Source: an uncultured Bacilli bacterium (lineage in GTDB: Bacteria > Bacillota_I > Bacilli_A > RF39 > UBA660). Taken from it: DNA of 64,000 bases. The DNA lies in the NCBI GenBank assembly GCA_947626095.1, contig CANQQV010000006.1:1756-65755 (forward strand), given 5' to 3'. This document shows positions 28,452-37,510 of the stretch, piece by piece. Within the stretch, counting starts at the first letter, position 1. The number at the start of each line of letters is the position of its first letter. A model generated the notes under the pieces. That model had not been told where the DNA came from. It worked only from the letters and a program-made list of their open reading frames with translations, and ran no database searches. A program made the position numbers and the translations under genes.

Positions 28452-29519
28452 ATGAACGAAAGTAATAATGGACGTGTTAGTTATCAAGTTGGGGGAAGAA
28501 AAAATACTGTAGAAGTTCCAACTAATAATCAACCTAGTATTAATGCAGTAATTAGTGATACTAAAGAGCCAGAAGTATTAGATGTTCCAGTTAATAATTT
28601 TGAAGTAAGTATTCTAGAACGCTATGGAAGAGATTTAACGGCGGTAGAGTATTTAACTGATCCTTCAATAGGAAGAGATAATGAAATTAAACAAGTTATT
28701 ATGACTTTGTTAACACCAGAAAAGAGTGCTTTATTAGTAGGTAAAGCTGGTGTAGGTAAAACATCTATTGTTGAAGGGGTAGCTTATCGTATTCAAAAAC
28801 ATATGGTACCACAAGCATTAGAGGGGTATAAAATATATAAATTAAATGTAACTTCATTACTTGGTCAGACTGAATCTAATGGTCAAATAGAAAATAGAGT
28901 TGATTTGTTAGTTAAAGAGTTAGCGAAGAAAAGTAAGACAATAGTATTTTTAGATGAAACCCATGTCTTAGTAAATAAAGATGGAGCAGAAAATGGTATC
29001 GATTTTGCGAATATGTTTAAAGCAGGATTAGACCGTGGGGAAATAAAAATGATTGGTGCAACAACTGATGAAGAATATGAACAATATATATTAAAAGATA
29101 GAGCGTTTTTAAGACGTTTTCAAAAGATAGATGTTGCTGAAGCTGATCAAGAAACAACAGTTAAGATATTAATGGGAACATATCCTAAAATAGAAGCTAA
29201 AACGGGAGTACATTTTGAATATACATCATTTGTTATTGAAAGAATAATGCGTTTTATTGTAGATATGACAGATGAATATAAAAGAATATATGAAATATCT
29301 AGTAGATATCCTGATATTTGTTTAACAATAGTTTCTAATGCTTTTACTTATGCTTTATTTGATAATGAGAATGTTTGTCGTATTAAACATATTTATAAAG
29401 CAATATGTAATGCGAGAAATGTTTATGACGATGCAAAGAAGAAAGCAATTGAAAAGTTTAAAGTAGATTTTGCTGATTTAATTAGAGAAGAAAATGTTGA
29501 TTTAACGGAAATAGGTTAG
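28452..29519 (+). CDS. single-module AAA+ ATPase related to the D1 domain of ClpA/ClpB/ClpC
   Basis: ERYGRDLT...[10 protein letters not shown]...[20 protein letters not shown], Walker [25 protein letters not shown]. No Clp N-domain and no D2. Confidence 0.7.
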   Translation: MNESNNGRVSYQVGGRKNTVEVPTNNQPSINAVISDTKEPEVLDVPVNNFEVSILERYGRDLTAVEYLTDPSIGRDNEIKQVIMTLLTPEKSALLVGKAGVGKTSIVEGVAYRIQKHMVPQALEGYKIYKLNVTSLLGQTESNGQIENRVDLLVKELAKKSKTIVFLDETHVLVNKDGAENGIDFANMFKAGLDRGEIKMIGATTDEEYEQYILKDRAFLRRFQKIDVAEADQETTVKILMGTYPKIEAKTGVHFEYTSFVIERIMRFIVDMTDEYKRIYEISSRYPDICLTIVSNAFTYALFDNENVCRIKHIYKAICNARNVYDDAKKKAIEKFKVDFADLIREENVDLTEIG

Positions 29520-29528
29520 AGAATAGAA

Positions 29529-30614
29529 ATGGGAGATAAAATGGAAAAGATTAGAGTTTTGCAAATTGGTTGTGGCAAGATGAGTGTTTTTACAATGCGT
29601 TATGTATTTGAACATGGGGCAAAAATTGTCGGAGCTGTAGATATTAATCCTAAACTTATTGGTAAAGATATTAGTGAGGTAATGGGTGGAGAAAAATGTA
29701 ATGTTACAATTGCTGGAGTTAATGATTTAGCCAATTATATTAAATCTAGTAAACCACATATTGCTATAATTACGACAATGAGTTTATTAAATGATATTAA
29801 AGATTTAGTAAGGACTTGTGTTAGCTTAGGGGTTAATGTTATTACGACTTGTGAAGAAGCATTCTTTGCTAGTAATTCTAATCCAACTATTTATCATGAA
29901 TTAGATGTTTTAGCTAAAGCTAATAAAGTTACAATCACAGGATGTGGATACCAAGATATATTTTGGGGCAACTTAATTAGTACTTTAGCAGGAACAACAC
30001 ATAAAATTACGAAAATAAAAGGTTCTTCGTCTTATAATGTTGAAGACTATGGAATAGCTTTAGCTAAAGCTCATGGAGCTGGCTTAACTTTAGATGATTT
30101 TGATAAGTTAGTAGCGGCTAGTGATAAAATAAGTGAAGAAGAACGAAATAATATTATAAAATCGGGTAATTATGCACCATCTTATATGTGGAATACAGTA
30201 GGGTGGTTGGCTGATAAATTACATTTAAATATTACTAGTATGAAACAAGAATGTATACCACAAACGCATGTGGAAGATTTAAATTCTAATACTTTAAATA
30301 TGACAATTAAAGCGGGTAATGCAACAGGAATGAGTGCTTTAGTAACAGCTGAAACTAAAGAAGGTATTACAATTGAAGCTGAATGTATTGGTAAAGTATA
30401 TGCACCTGATGAAGTAGATACTAATGAATGGACAATTGTTGGCGAACCAGAAACAACAATTACAGTAAGACAACCTAATACGGTAGAACTTACTTGTGCA
30501 GATATTGTCAATAGAATACCTGATGTTATTAATGCTAGACCTGGTTTTGTATCAACTAGTGAAATGGGTGAACCAACTTATCGTGTTGATAGTTTAGAAA
30601 AATATCTTAAATAA
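29529..30614 (+). CDS. NAD(P)-binding Rossmann-fold oxidoreductase (DapB-N / diaminopentanoate dehydrogenase-like)
   Basis: N-terminal IRVLQIGCGKMS dinucleotide-binding motif. Family assignment is tentative. An alternative start lies at 29541. Confidence 0.45.
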   Translation: MGDKMEKIRVLQIGCGKMSVFTMRYVFEHGAKIVGAVDINPKLIGKDISEVMGGEKCNVTIAGVNDLANYIKSSKPHIAIITTMSLLNDIKDLVRTCVSLGVNVITTCEEAFFASNSNPTIYHELDVLAKANKVTITGCGYQDIFWGNLISTLAGTTHKITKIKGSSSYNVEDYGIALAKAHGAGLTLDDFDKLVAASDKISEEERNNIIKSGNYAPSYMWNTVGWLADKLHLNITSMKQECIPQTHVEDLNSNTLNMTIKAGNATGMSALVTAETKEGITIEAECIGKVYAPDEVDTNEWTIVGEPETTITVRQPNTVELTCADIVNRIPDVINARPGFVSTSEMGEPTYRVDSLEKYLK

Positions 30615-30626
30615 GATATTTTTTTC

Positions 30627-30655
30627 TTGCATAATTCTTAAGAGTTTTATATAAT
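30627..30655 (+). promoter_or_regulatory. promoter of the ABC transporter operon
   Basis: TTGCAT, 17 nt, TATAAT. Confidence 0.55.
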
Positions 30656-30746
30656 GAAAGTGACTTTTTTGCAAGAAAACTACATTTATATATTTTTACA
30701 ACATGGGCTAGATAGAAATATCTGCATTTTTGCGTTGTAGATGTAG

Positions 30747-30771
30747 CTAGATTTTATAATCTAGTTTTTTT
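30747..30771 (+). terminator. leader terminator/attenuator upstream of the ABC operon
   Basis: CTAGATT-TTAT-AATCTAG hairpin plus T7, lying between the promoter and the ATG at 30804. Confidence 0.5.
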
Positions 30772-30803
30772 GCGTTGTAAAAAGGTTAGAAAGGAGTGTA
30801 AAA

Positions 30804-31784
30804 ATGTCTTTCATCAATGTTAAACACATTAAAAAAACTTTTAAAGTAGCAAAAAAACAAACAGGAATAAAAGCTACTTTAAAAAACTTTATTAAAAGAG
30901 ATTACAAATATATTGAAGCGATAAAAGATATCTCTTTTGATATTGAAGAAGGTAGTATAGTTGGTTATATTGGCCAAAATGGAGCTGGTAAATCAACTAC
31001 TATCAAAATTTTATCAGGTATTCTAATACCAGATAGTGGAGAAGTTACAGTAAATGGACTTAATCCATGGAAAGATCGTAAGAAGTATGTTTCATCAATT
31101 GGTGTTGTATTTGGGCAACGTTCACAATTATGGTGGGATATTCCAGCAGAAGATACTTTTGATTTATTAAAAGATATCTATAAGATTGATGAACAAAAAT
31201 TTAGAAAAAATAAAGAATACTTAATAAAATTATTAAACATTGAAGATATCATTCGTATTCCTGTAAGACAATTAAGTCTTGGTCAACGAATGCGCTGTGA
31301 AATAGCTGCTTCACTTTTACATGAGCCGAAAATATTATTTTTAGATGAACCGACAATTGGATTAGATGCAATATCTAAACAAATAGTGAGAGATTTTATC
31401 AAAAAAATAAATAAAGAACAAAAAGTGACAGTTATTCTAACCACTCACGATATGAGTGACATTGAAGCCTTAGCCAAAAGAATAATAATGATTGGTAATG
31501 GGTGTGTTGTTTATGATGGTACGTTAAATAACTTAAAGAAAAAATATGATCATCATAAATATGTATCGGTTACAACAAAAACAAAATTAAGTAAATTAAG
31601 AAAGAAAGGAATTATTAAGCAAGAAAAAACAGGAGAGGGCTACAAATTTATGATTGATTCTGATACTTTAGCTATTTCTGATTTTCTAAACTATTTATCA
31701 CTAAAAATTGATATTAAAGATTTAGAGATTGATGATGAATCGTTAGATAATATCATTATTAATCTTTATCAGTCAATTGAATGA
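30804..31784 (+). CDS. ABC transporter ATP-binding protein
   Basis: Walker A GQNGAGKST, signature LSLGQRMR, Walker B ILFLDEPT. Confidence 0.9.
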   Translation: MSFINVKHIKKTFKVAKKQTGIKATLKNFIKRDYKYIEAIKDISFDIEEGSIVGYIGQNGAGKSTTIKILSGILIPDSGEVTVNGLNPWKDRKKYVSSIGVVFGQRSQLWWDIPAEDTFDLLKDIYKIDEQKFRKNKEYLIKLLNIEDIIRIPVRQLSLGQRMRCEIAASLLHEPKILFLDEPTIGLDAISKQIVRDFIKKINKEQKVTVILTTHDMSDIEALAKRIIMIGNGCVVYDGTLNNLKKKYDHHKYVSVTTKTKLSKLRKKGIIKQEKTGEGYKFMIDSDTLAISDFLNYLSLKIDIKDLEIDDESLDNIIINLYQSIE

Positions 31785-32587
31785 AACAATATATATCATT
31801 TTTTAAATTAAAATTTAGTGTTGGTTTACAATATAGAGCAGCAGCAATAGCTGGACTTTGTACACAGTTATTCTTTGGTTTAGTATTTATTATGGTTTAT
31901 ATAGCTTTTTATGGTTCAGGAGATGCAAGTAATGTTGATATTAGTTTAAGGCAGTTAATTACTTATATGTGGTTAAATCAAGCTTTCTTTGCCTTAATAT
32001 ATATTTGGCATAGAGATAATGAAATATTAAATATGATAAGAAATGGAGATGTAGCTTATGAGTTATGTCGTCCACAAAATCTATATTTAATGTGGTTTAC
32101 GAGAATATTATCTTCGAAGTTATCATCAGTAACATTAAGGTGTATTCCACTTATTCTAATAGCTTTAGTATTACCAGAACCATATAACTTAACTTTACCA
32201 TGTAGTATTAGTTCATTTATAATATTTTTAATAGTTTTAGCATTATCTTCATTATTAGTAACAGCCTTAGTAACTTTAATATACATTCTAACTTTTTATA
32301 CAACTGATGGTAAAGGAGTTATGGGGATGTATTCAAGTATAGCTGAAATATTAAGTGGTCAAATAGTACCTATTCCTTTATTTCCAACGATTTTAAAAGG
32401 GGTTGTTTCGCTTTTACCATTTGCTTATATAAGTGATTTTGCTTTTCGTATATATTGTGGAAATATAGTAGGTATAGAGATGTGGCAAGGAATTATAGTA
32501 CAAATATTTTGGGTAGTAGTAATAATCTTTATAGGAATGAAGTTAACGGATAAAATATTACAAAGAGTGGTAGTTCAAGGTGGATAA
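31781..32587 (+). CDS. ABC-2 type permease subunit
   Basis: Six-helix membrane protein with a 4-nt overlap on the ATPase gene. Confidence 0.75.
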   Translation: MKQYISFFKLKFSVGLQYRAAAIAGLCTQLFFGLVFIMVYIAFYGSGDASNVDISLRQLITYMWLNQAFFALIYIWHRDNEILNMIRNGDVAYELCRPQNLYLMWFTRILSSKLSSVTLRCIPLILIALVLPEPYNLTLPCSISSFIIFLIVLALSSLLVTALVTLIYILTFYTTDGKGVMGMYSSIAEILSGQIVPIPLFPTILKGVVSLLPFAYISDFAFRIYCGNIVGIEMWQGIIVQIFWVVVIIFIGMKLTDKILQRVVVQGG

Positions 32588-33363
32588 TGAAAGTATATAA
32601 AGATTACCTAAAATTACATTTAAAATCTATTTTGGAATATAAAGCTTCGTTTATTTTATCGTTAATAGCACAAATATTTGTCTTCTTTACCTATTACTTT
32701 GTTATTTTAACTTTATTTGATAAGTTTAAGAATTTACAAGGATTTAATATATACGAAATATTACTTACTTTTAGTATAATTCATTTTGGTTATTCAATGA
32801 ATGAAACATTTGCCAGAGGAATAGATCAATTTGATCGTTTGGTTGTTAATGGAGATTTTGATCGTATTTTACTTAGACCACAAAATATTTTAATGCAAAC
32901 AATGGGATTTCAAATAGATTATGTTAAAACAGCTAGAATCGTTCAAAGTTTAATTATTCTTATTTATGCACTGATTAGATTAGATATTGAATGGAATATA
33001 TTAAGAATATTATCTATTATATTAATGATTATAAGTAGTATTATTATATTCTTTTGTATCTTTTTAATAGCTGCTTCATATTGTTTTTTAACAGTTCAAG
33101 GTTTAGAAGTAAGAAATGTTTTTACAGATGGTGGTAAGCATTGTGCTCAGTATCCAATTGGGATATATAATAAGGCATTTAGAAGAGTATTTACCTTTAT
33201 TATTCCTTATGCTTTAGTTAATTATTATCCTTTATTATACTTAATTGGTAAAAGTAATAATGCTTTATATGCTTTACTTCCTTTAGTAGTTATAATTTAC
33301 TTAATACCTAGTATTTGGATCTTTAATAAAGGCTCAAAAAAGTATTTAAGTACTGGTTCATAA
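32587..33363 (+). CDS. ABC-2 type permease subunit (second)
   Basis: Six-helix membrane protein. Start overlaps the stop of the previous gene. Confidence 0.75.
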   Translation: MKVYKDYLKLHLKSILEYKASFILSLIAQIFVFFTYYFVILTLFDKFKNLQGFNIYEILLTFSIIHFGYSMNETFARGIDQFDRLVVNGDFDRILLRPQNILMQTMGFQIDYVKTARIVQSLIILIYALIRLDIEWNILRILSIILMIISSIIIFFCIFLIAASYCFLTVQGLEVRNVFTDGGKHCAQYPIGIYNKAFRRVFTFIIPYALVNYYPLLYLIGKSNNALYALLPLVVIIYLIPSIWIFNKGSKKYLSTGS

Positions 33364-33364
33364 G

Positions 33365-33396
33365 AAAAAAGATTTTAGTTAATTCTAAAATCTTTT
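33365..33396. terminator. bidirectional terminator
   Basis: 12-bp stem AAAAGATTTTAG/CTAAAATCTTTT, loop TTAATT. Confidence 0.8.
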
Positions 33397-34024
33397 ATAT
33401 TTTCATCTTTTTATAAAATAATTTAATATAGATGATTAAATAAGCCATAGATATAGCATAACCAGCTAAGACATCGCTAGCGAAATGAACACCTAAATAG
33501 ATTCTACTAATACCGATTAATAAAACTAATAGAGCGATTAAAGAAGAATATAATAGTTTGTATTTCATTTTCATTTTTTTATGATCAATGATATAAAGAA
33601 AAAAGCCATAATAAGCTAAACTAATCATAGAGTGTCCTGATGGGAAACTATAGCCGTTTTCAATTATTAAATTAATATCTAGTGGACGATCACGAACAAA
33701 GATAAACTTTAATGTTTGATTAAGGATATAGCATAGTAAAATATTTAAAGCAATTAGAAAAGCATTCTTTTTACTTTTACTAAAGATCATGATTAGGATA
33801 GTTGATATTAGAATAAACCAGGTACTACATAAGAAAGATATAAATTTAAAGAAGATAGTAACTGGCTTACATTTTAGTTTGATAATCATATTATAAATAT
33901 AATTATCGAAGTTACTTACATTATTTGTAAGAAGTAAATACATCATAAAAAGGAAAATTAAGATACTTAAAGTAAAGATAACTTTTTTCCAATATTTACG
34001 GCATAAAGACAAAGTTTTATTCAT
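33395..34024 (-). CDS. PAP2-family phosphatase (undecaprenyl-diphosphatase-like)
   Basis: PAP2 motifs KxxxxxxRP (FVRDRP), PSGHS, SRIYLGVHFASDV. ATG at 34024 overlaps the stop of the upstream gene. Confidence 0.85.
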   Translation of the reverse strand: MNKTLSLCRKYWKKVIFTLSILIFLFMMYLLLTNNVSNFDNYIYNMIIKLKCKPVTIFFKFISFLCSTWFILISTILIMIFSKSKKNAFLIALNILLCYILNQTLKFIFVRDRPLDINLIIENGYSFPSGHSMISLAYYGFFLYIIDHKKMKMKYKLLYSSLIALLVLLIGISRIYLGVHFASDVLAGYAISMAYLIIYIKLFYKKMKI

Positions 34025-34586
34025 CACTATCACCAAAATAGATATCTAATATTTCTTTATATCTTTTAATTAACTTAGGATTAGCTTCTTTCTTCTTAGC
34101 TATATTGTAGACTTCACGATATAACCAACAATTTTCTTCTTTGGTACCACCGGTTGTTTTCCAAATACGATCGCCGTTTTTTAAGTAGTTATTATAATAT
34201 GCTAACAAAAGATGTAATTTGTCAGCGACCATGATGTTAATAACATTGATATCATCGTTATTTCTTATTCTTCTAATATATTCTTTTTTTCTTTCTAACC
34301 ATTTAGTTATTGACATATCTTCCGATAAATCAGAGACCATATCTGCTACTAAAGTACCAAATTTTTCTTCAATCTCTTCATAACCATATTCTGTATCATT
34401 AATAATATCGTGTAATAAAGCGGATACTAAAACATCTTCAGCAGCGTTAATGTCTCTAATCATTGTATAAACAACCATGGCGTGAAAGCATTTATCTATA
34501 TTTTCGCTTTTCATTTTAATTCCGCGATTAGCTTTAACCATAAAATATATGGCTTCTTCAACACTTGAATACATATTACCACCCAT
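34017..34586 (-). CDS. HD-domain hydrolase, RelA/SpoT-type (p)ppGpp hydrolase-like
   Basis: ALLHDIINDTEYGYEEIEEKFG...VSDLSED matches the HD_4 pattern. Confidence 0.7.
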   Translation of the reverse strand: MGGNMYSSVEEAIYFMVKANRGIKMKSENIDKCFHAMVVYTMIRDINAAEDVLVSALLHDIINDTEYGYEEIEEKFGTLVADMVSDLSEDMSITKWLERKKEYIRRIRNNDDINVINIMVADKLHLLLAYYNNYLKNGDRIWKTTGGTKEENCWLYREVYNIAKKKEANPKLIKRYKEILDIYFGDSDE

Positions 34587-34733
34587 TCTCTACCTTATAT
34601 TATATATTTTATATTAAAATAGGGGATTTGCCAAAGAAAAATGTCAAATGAGAAGAAATACTTGACAAGTATAGACTAGAATTAGCTTATGAATGAAAAA
34701 ATTATTTAAAATATTTAATCGTTTAATTTGCAC

Positions 34734-34774
34734 TATGTGCAATATTACTATCAGTAGTTACTGTTAGTGCAGCT
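34734..34774 (+). repeat. 41-nt conserved 5' box, copy 1 (encodes the signal-peptide h-region CAILLSVVTVSAA)
   Basis: Identical to 36060-36100. Confidence 0.9.
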
Positions 34775-34963
34775 AATACTTGCGATCTACCAGCTGATGG
34801 TAAAAACTGGACAAAAGCTGGTGAATGTGAAGCAACAGTTAATGGTGTTGATTTTGACGATGCAACTACAGCTTGGGGTGTTGCAGCTAGAGATGGTGGA
34901 ACTATTAAACTTTATATTGATATTCCAAGAAATACTGCATCTGCTATAGCAAAATCTTTAGTA

Positions 34964-36037
34964 ATGGATTTAAACGGACACAAAGTGACTTTTGGTGCTG
35001 GTGGTCAATATGCAGCAGACAATGGTGTAACTTTAACTGTAAAAAATGGCGAAGTGGTTCTTGGTAATCCTACTGTAGTTGCATTTATTGTAAAAACTGG
35101 AGGAAGTTTGAACTTAACAAACCTAAAAATTACAGGTGCTGCTTATAGTTGGTCTTTAGTAGAAAATAGCGGCATTTTAAATATCGCTAGTGATGTTAAT
35201 GTAGATTTACCAAAAGCTAATGTTGTTTATACTTCTAAAGCTGGTGCTAAAACTACTTTAAATGGTAAATATAATGTTAATACTATAGTTGGAGTTGATC
35301 CTAGAACTGATGAAGTAGAAAGAAAAGGATCAGTTTCTACAATAGCTGTTAATGGTACATATACTACAGCAGCCAATGCATTAAGCGTTACTGATGGTGT
35401 TGTTGTTACTGTTGCTGCTGATATTGAAAGTGATAATTCTATAGCAGTTGTTAATGGTGGTAGCTTAGTAGTAAATAGCGGTGATTTATATTCTGCTGCA
35501 AGTGCTTCTGCAAATGTTCCAGCTATTAAAGTTGCAGGATCTACTGATGCTACAAAACTAACTGTTAATGGCGGTACTATTGCTAGTAAAAACAATTATG
35601 CATTATATTTAATGAATACAAAAGCTGCTTATTCAATTACTGATGGTACATTTGAAAGTGCTAAAGCTCTTAGTGCTGCAATTGGACTATACACTGGTTT
35701 CACTGAAACTAAAGATGGTGAAACACATGTTGTTCCAGCATTAAAAGGAATCTTAACTGGTGGTAAATATTTGAATAATATTATTGCTAAAGTATTAAAT
35801 GCTGATCAAGGTACTGTTGTTGTTTCAGATGAATTAGTTGCAGAAGGTTACACAGTTAAAGAAGAAGATAACTACAAAGTAGTAGTTTCAACAAAAGCAG
35901 AAAATGATAAGAAACCTGCTGCTAAGCCAGAAGAACAAGCTCCAAACACATATGATGCAGGTCTTGTATATATGGGATTAGCATTAAGTGCAATCGGTGC
36001 AAGTGTTGTTTCTGTTAGAAAATTAAGAAATAACTAA
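34964..36037 (+). CDS. surface protein paralogue 1 (beta-helix-like, C-terminal TM anchor), 5' end disrupted
   Basis: Coordinates follow the ORF track. The same frame is open from 34727 and encodes a signal-peptide h-region. The only plausible start (ATG 34693, MKKLFKIFNRLI) is in another frame. Confidence 0.55.
   Translation: MDLNGHKVTFGAGGQYAADNGVTLTVKNGEVVLGNPTVVAFIVKTGGSLNLTNLKITGAAYSWSLVENSGILNIASDVNVDLPKANVVYTSKAGAKTTLNGKYNVNTIVGVDPRTDEVERKGSVSTIAVNGTYTTAANALSVTDGVVVTVAADIESDNSIAVVNGGSLVVNSGDLYSAASASANVPAIKVAGSTDATKLTVNGGTIASKNNYALYLMNTKAAYSITDGTFESAKALSAAIGLYTGFTETKDGETHVVPALKGILTGGKYLNNIIAKVLNADQGTVVVSDELVAEGYTVKEEDNYKVVVSTKAENDKKPAAKPEEQAPNTYDAGLVYMGLALSAIGASVVSVRKLRNN
35834..36023 (+). 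repeat. 190-nt conserved 3' block, copy 1
   Basis: Differs at 4 of 190 positions from 37265-37454. Confidence 0.9.
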
Positions 36038-36059
36038 TTATTGATTTAAGAAAACGAAG

Positions 36060-36100
36060 TATGTGCAATATTACTATCAGTAGTTACTGTTAGTGCAGCT
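36060..36100 (+). repeat. 41-nt conserved 5' box, copy 2
   Basis: Identical to 34734-34774. Begins 22 nt after the stop of paralogue 1. Confidence 0.9.
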
Positions 36101-36205
36101 AGTAGTGCTTGCTATATTGAAGGAAAAGAAGCTCAATCATCATCTAAACCAGTAAAATGTGTTGCTGAAGTTAATGGTGAAGGTTACGACAATGTAGGTA
36201 ATGCT

Positions 36206-37510
36206 ATGACTGAAGCTATAGCAACAGGTGGATATATTACTTTATATGATAATGTAACTTATTCTACTGATAAAACTGTAGCAAAAAATTTAACAATGAA
36301 TTTAAATAATCATACTGCAGTATTTGGTACTAATAAAATGACTGTTGCTAAAGATGTTACATTAAGTGTTAATGGTGGTAAAGTTACTGCTGGTAATGTT
36401 GTTCCATTTGTTGTTAATGGTACTTTAGTATTAGAAAATGTTACTGCAACAACTGATACTCAATTGCTAGAAAATAATGGAACAGTTACTATTACAAATG
36501 GTACTTATACAACTGAAGCTAAAACACTTTCAGTAATTGAAAATAAAGGTACATTAACTGTGACAAATGCTAAATTTGTTGCACAAAAATTAACTACAGG
36601 TAGTCTTGTTAATAATGCTGGAACAGTAACTATGACTAATTTAGATGTTGATACAACTGGTGCATTACTTACAGTTGCAGCTCATGGTTCAAAAGCTACA
36701 TTAGCTGGTGGATTATATGATGCTACTGCTGTTGTAAAAACAGCTTTAAGTGCACCACCTGCATCTCATGGAGGTGTAGCAGCTACTGTTACTATCAATG
36801 GTGGTACTTATAACACTACAGGTACAGCTTTATATGCAAATTATGGCATGAGTTTAAATGTTACTGGTGGTACTATAACTTCTAAAGATCAAGGATTACA
36901 TTTATATGATGCTACTGCTGTTATTTCAGGTGGTACTATCAATTCTACTACAGCTACAGTTATAACAACAGGTGCTGGTAATGCTTCTTTAACAGTATCA
37001 GGTGGAACTCTTAAATCTGAAGGTTCTTATCCATTATATTTCCAAAATAATAATGCAACATATGCTATAAGTGGTGGAACATTTGAAGCTAAAATTGAAG
37101 ATCGTCCAGCTATTATGATTAGCAACTTAACAACTATTAAAGATGGTAAGACTGAAGTTGCTAAAGCTTACAAAGGAATTTTAACTGGTGGTAAGTACTT
37201 AAATAATATTATCGCTGGAGCAATTGTTGATAATAAAGGTGCAACAGTTGATGTAACTAATGATTTAGTTGCAGAAGGTTACACAGTAAAAGAAGAAGGT
37301 AACTACAAAGTAGTAGTTTCAACAAAAGCAGAAAATGATAAGAAACCAGCTGCTAAACCAGAAGAACAAGCTCCAAACACATATGATGCAGGTCTTGTAT
37401 ATATGGGATTAGCATTAAGTGCAATCGGTGCAAGTGTTGTTTCTGTTAGAAAATATAAAAGAGTTCTAATTATTTTTAGAACTCTTTTTATATTTACTTT
37501 GTTCGTTTAA
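36206..37510 (+). CDS. surface protein paralogue 2 (beta-helix-like, C-terminal TM anchor), no start for its signal peptide
   Basis: Coordinates follow the ORF track. The frame is open from 36050 and encodes CAILLSVVTVSAA, but has no ATG/GTG/TTG before 36206. Repetitive T/G/N-rich segments. Confidence 0.55.
   Translation: MTEAIATGGYITLYDNVTYSTDKTVAKNLTMNLNNHTAVFGTNKMTVAKDVTLSVNGGKVTAGNVVPFVVNGTLVLENVTATTDTQLLENNGTVTITNGTYTTEAKTLSVIENKGTLTVTNAKFVAQKLTTGSLVNNAGTVTMTNLDVDTTGALLTVAAHGSKATLAGGLYDATAVVKTALSAPPASHGGVAATVTINGGTYNTTGTALYANYGMSLNVTGGTITSKDQGLHLYDATAVISGGTINSTTATVITTGAGNASLTVSGGTLKSEGSYPLYFQNNNATYAISGGTFEAKIEDRPAIMISNLTTIKDGKTEVAKAYKGILTGGKYLNNIIAGAIVDNKGATVDVTNDLVAEGYTVKEEGNYKVVVSTKAENDKKPAAKPEEQAPNTYDAGLVYMGLALSAIGASVVSVRKYKRVLIIFRTLFIFTLFV
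37265..37454 (+). repeat. 190-nt conserved 3' block, copy 2
   Basis: Differs at 4 of 190 positions from 35834-36023. Confidence 0.9.
37457..37489. terminator. bidirectional terminator (surface gene / ABC-F)
   Basis: AAAA-GAGTTCTA-loop-TAGAACTC-TTTTT. Overlaps both coding ends. Confidence 0.75.

Noticed and set aside
34767-34949. 60-codon ORF upstream of surface paralogue 1.
   Set aside because: It is in the wrong frame relative to the open frame (34727 onward). That open frame encodes a signal-peptide h-region and clear homology to the N-terminus of paralogue 2.
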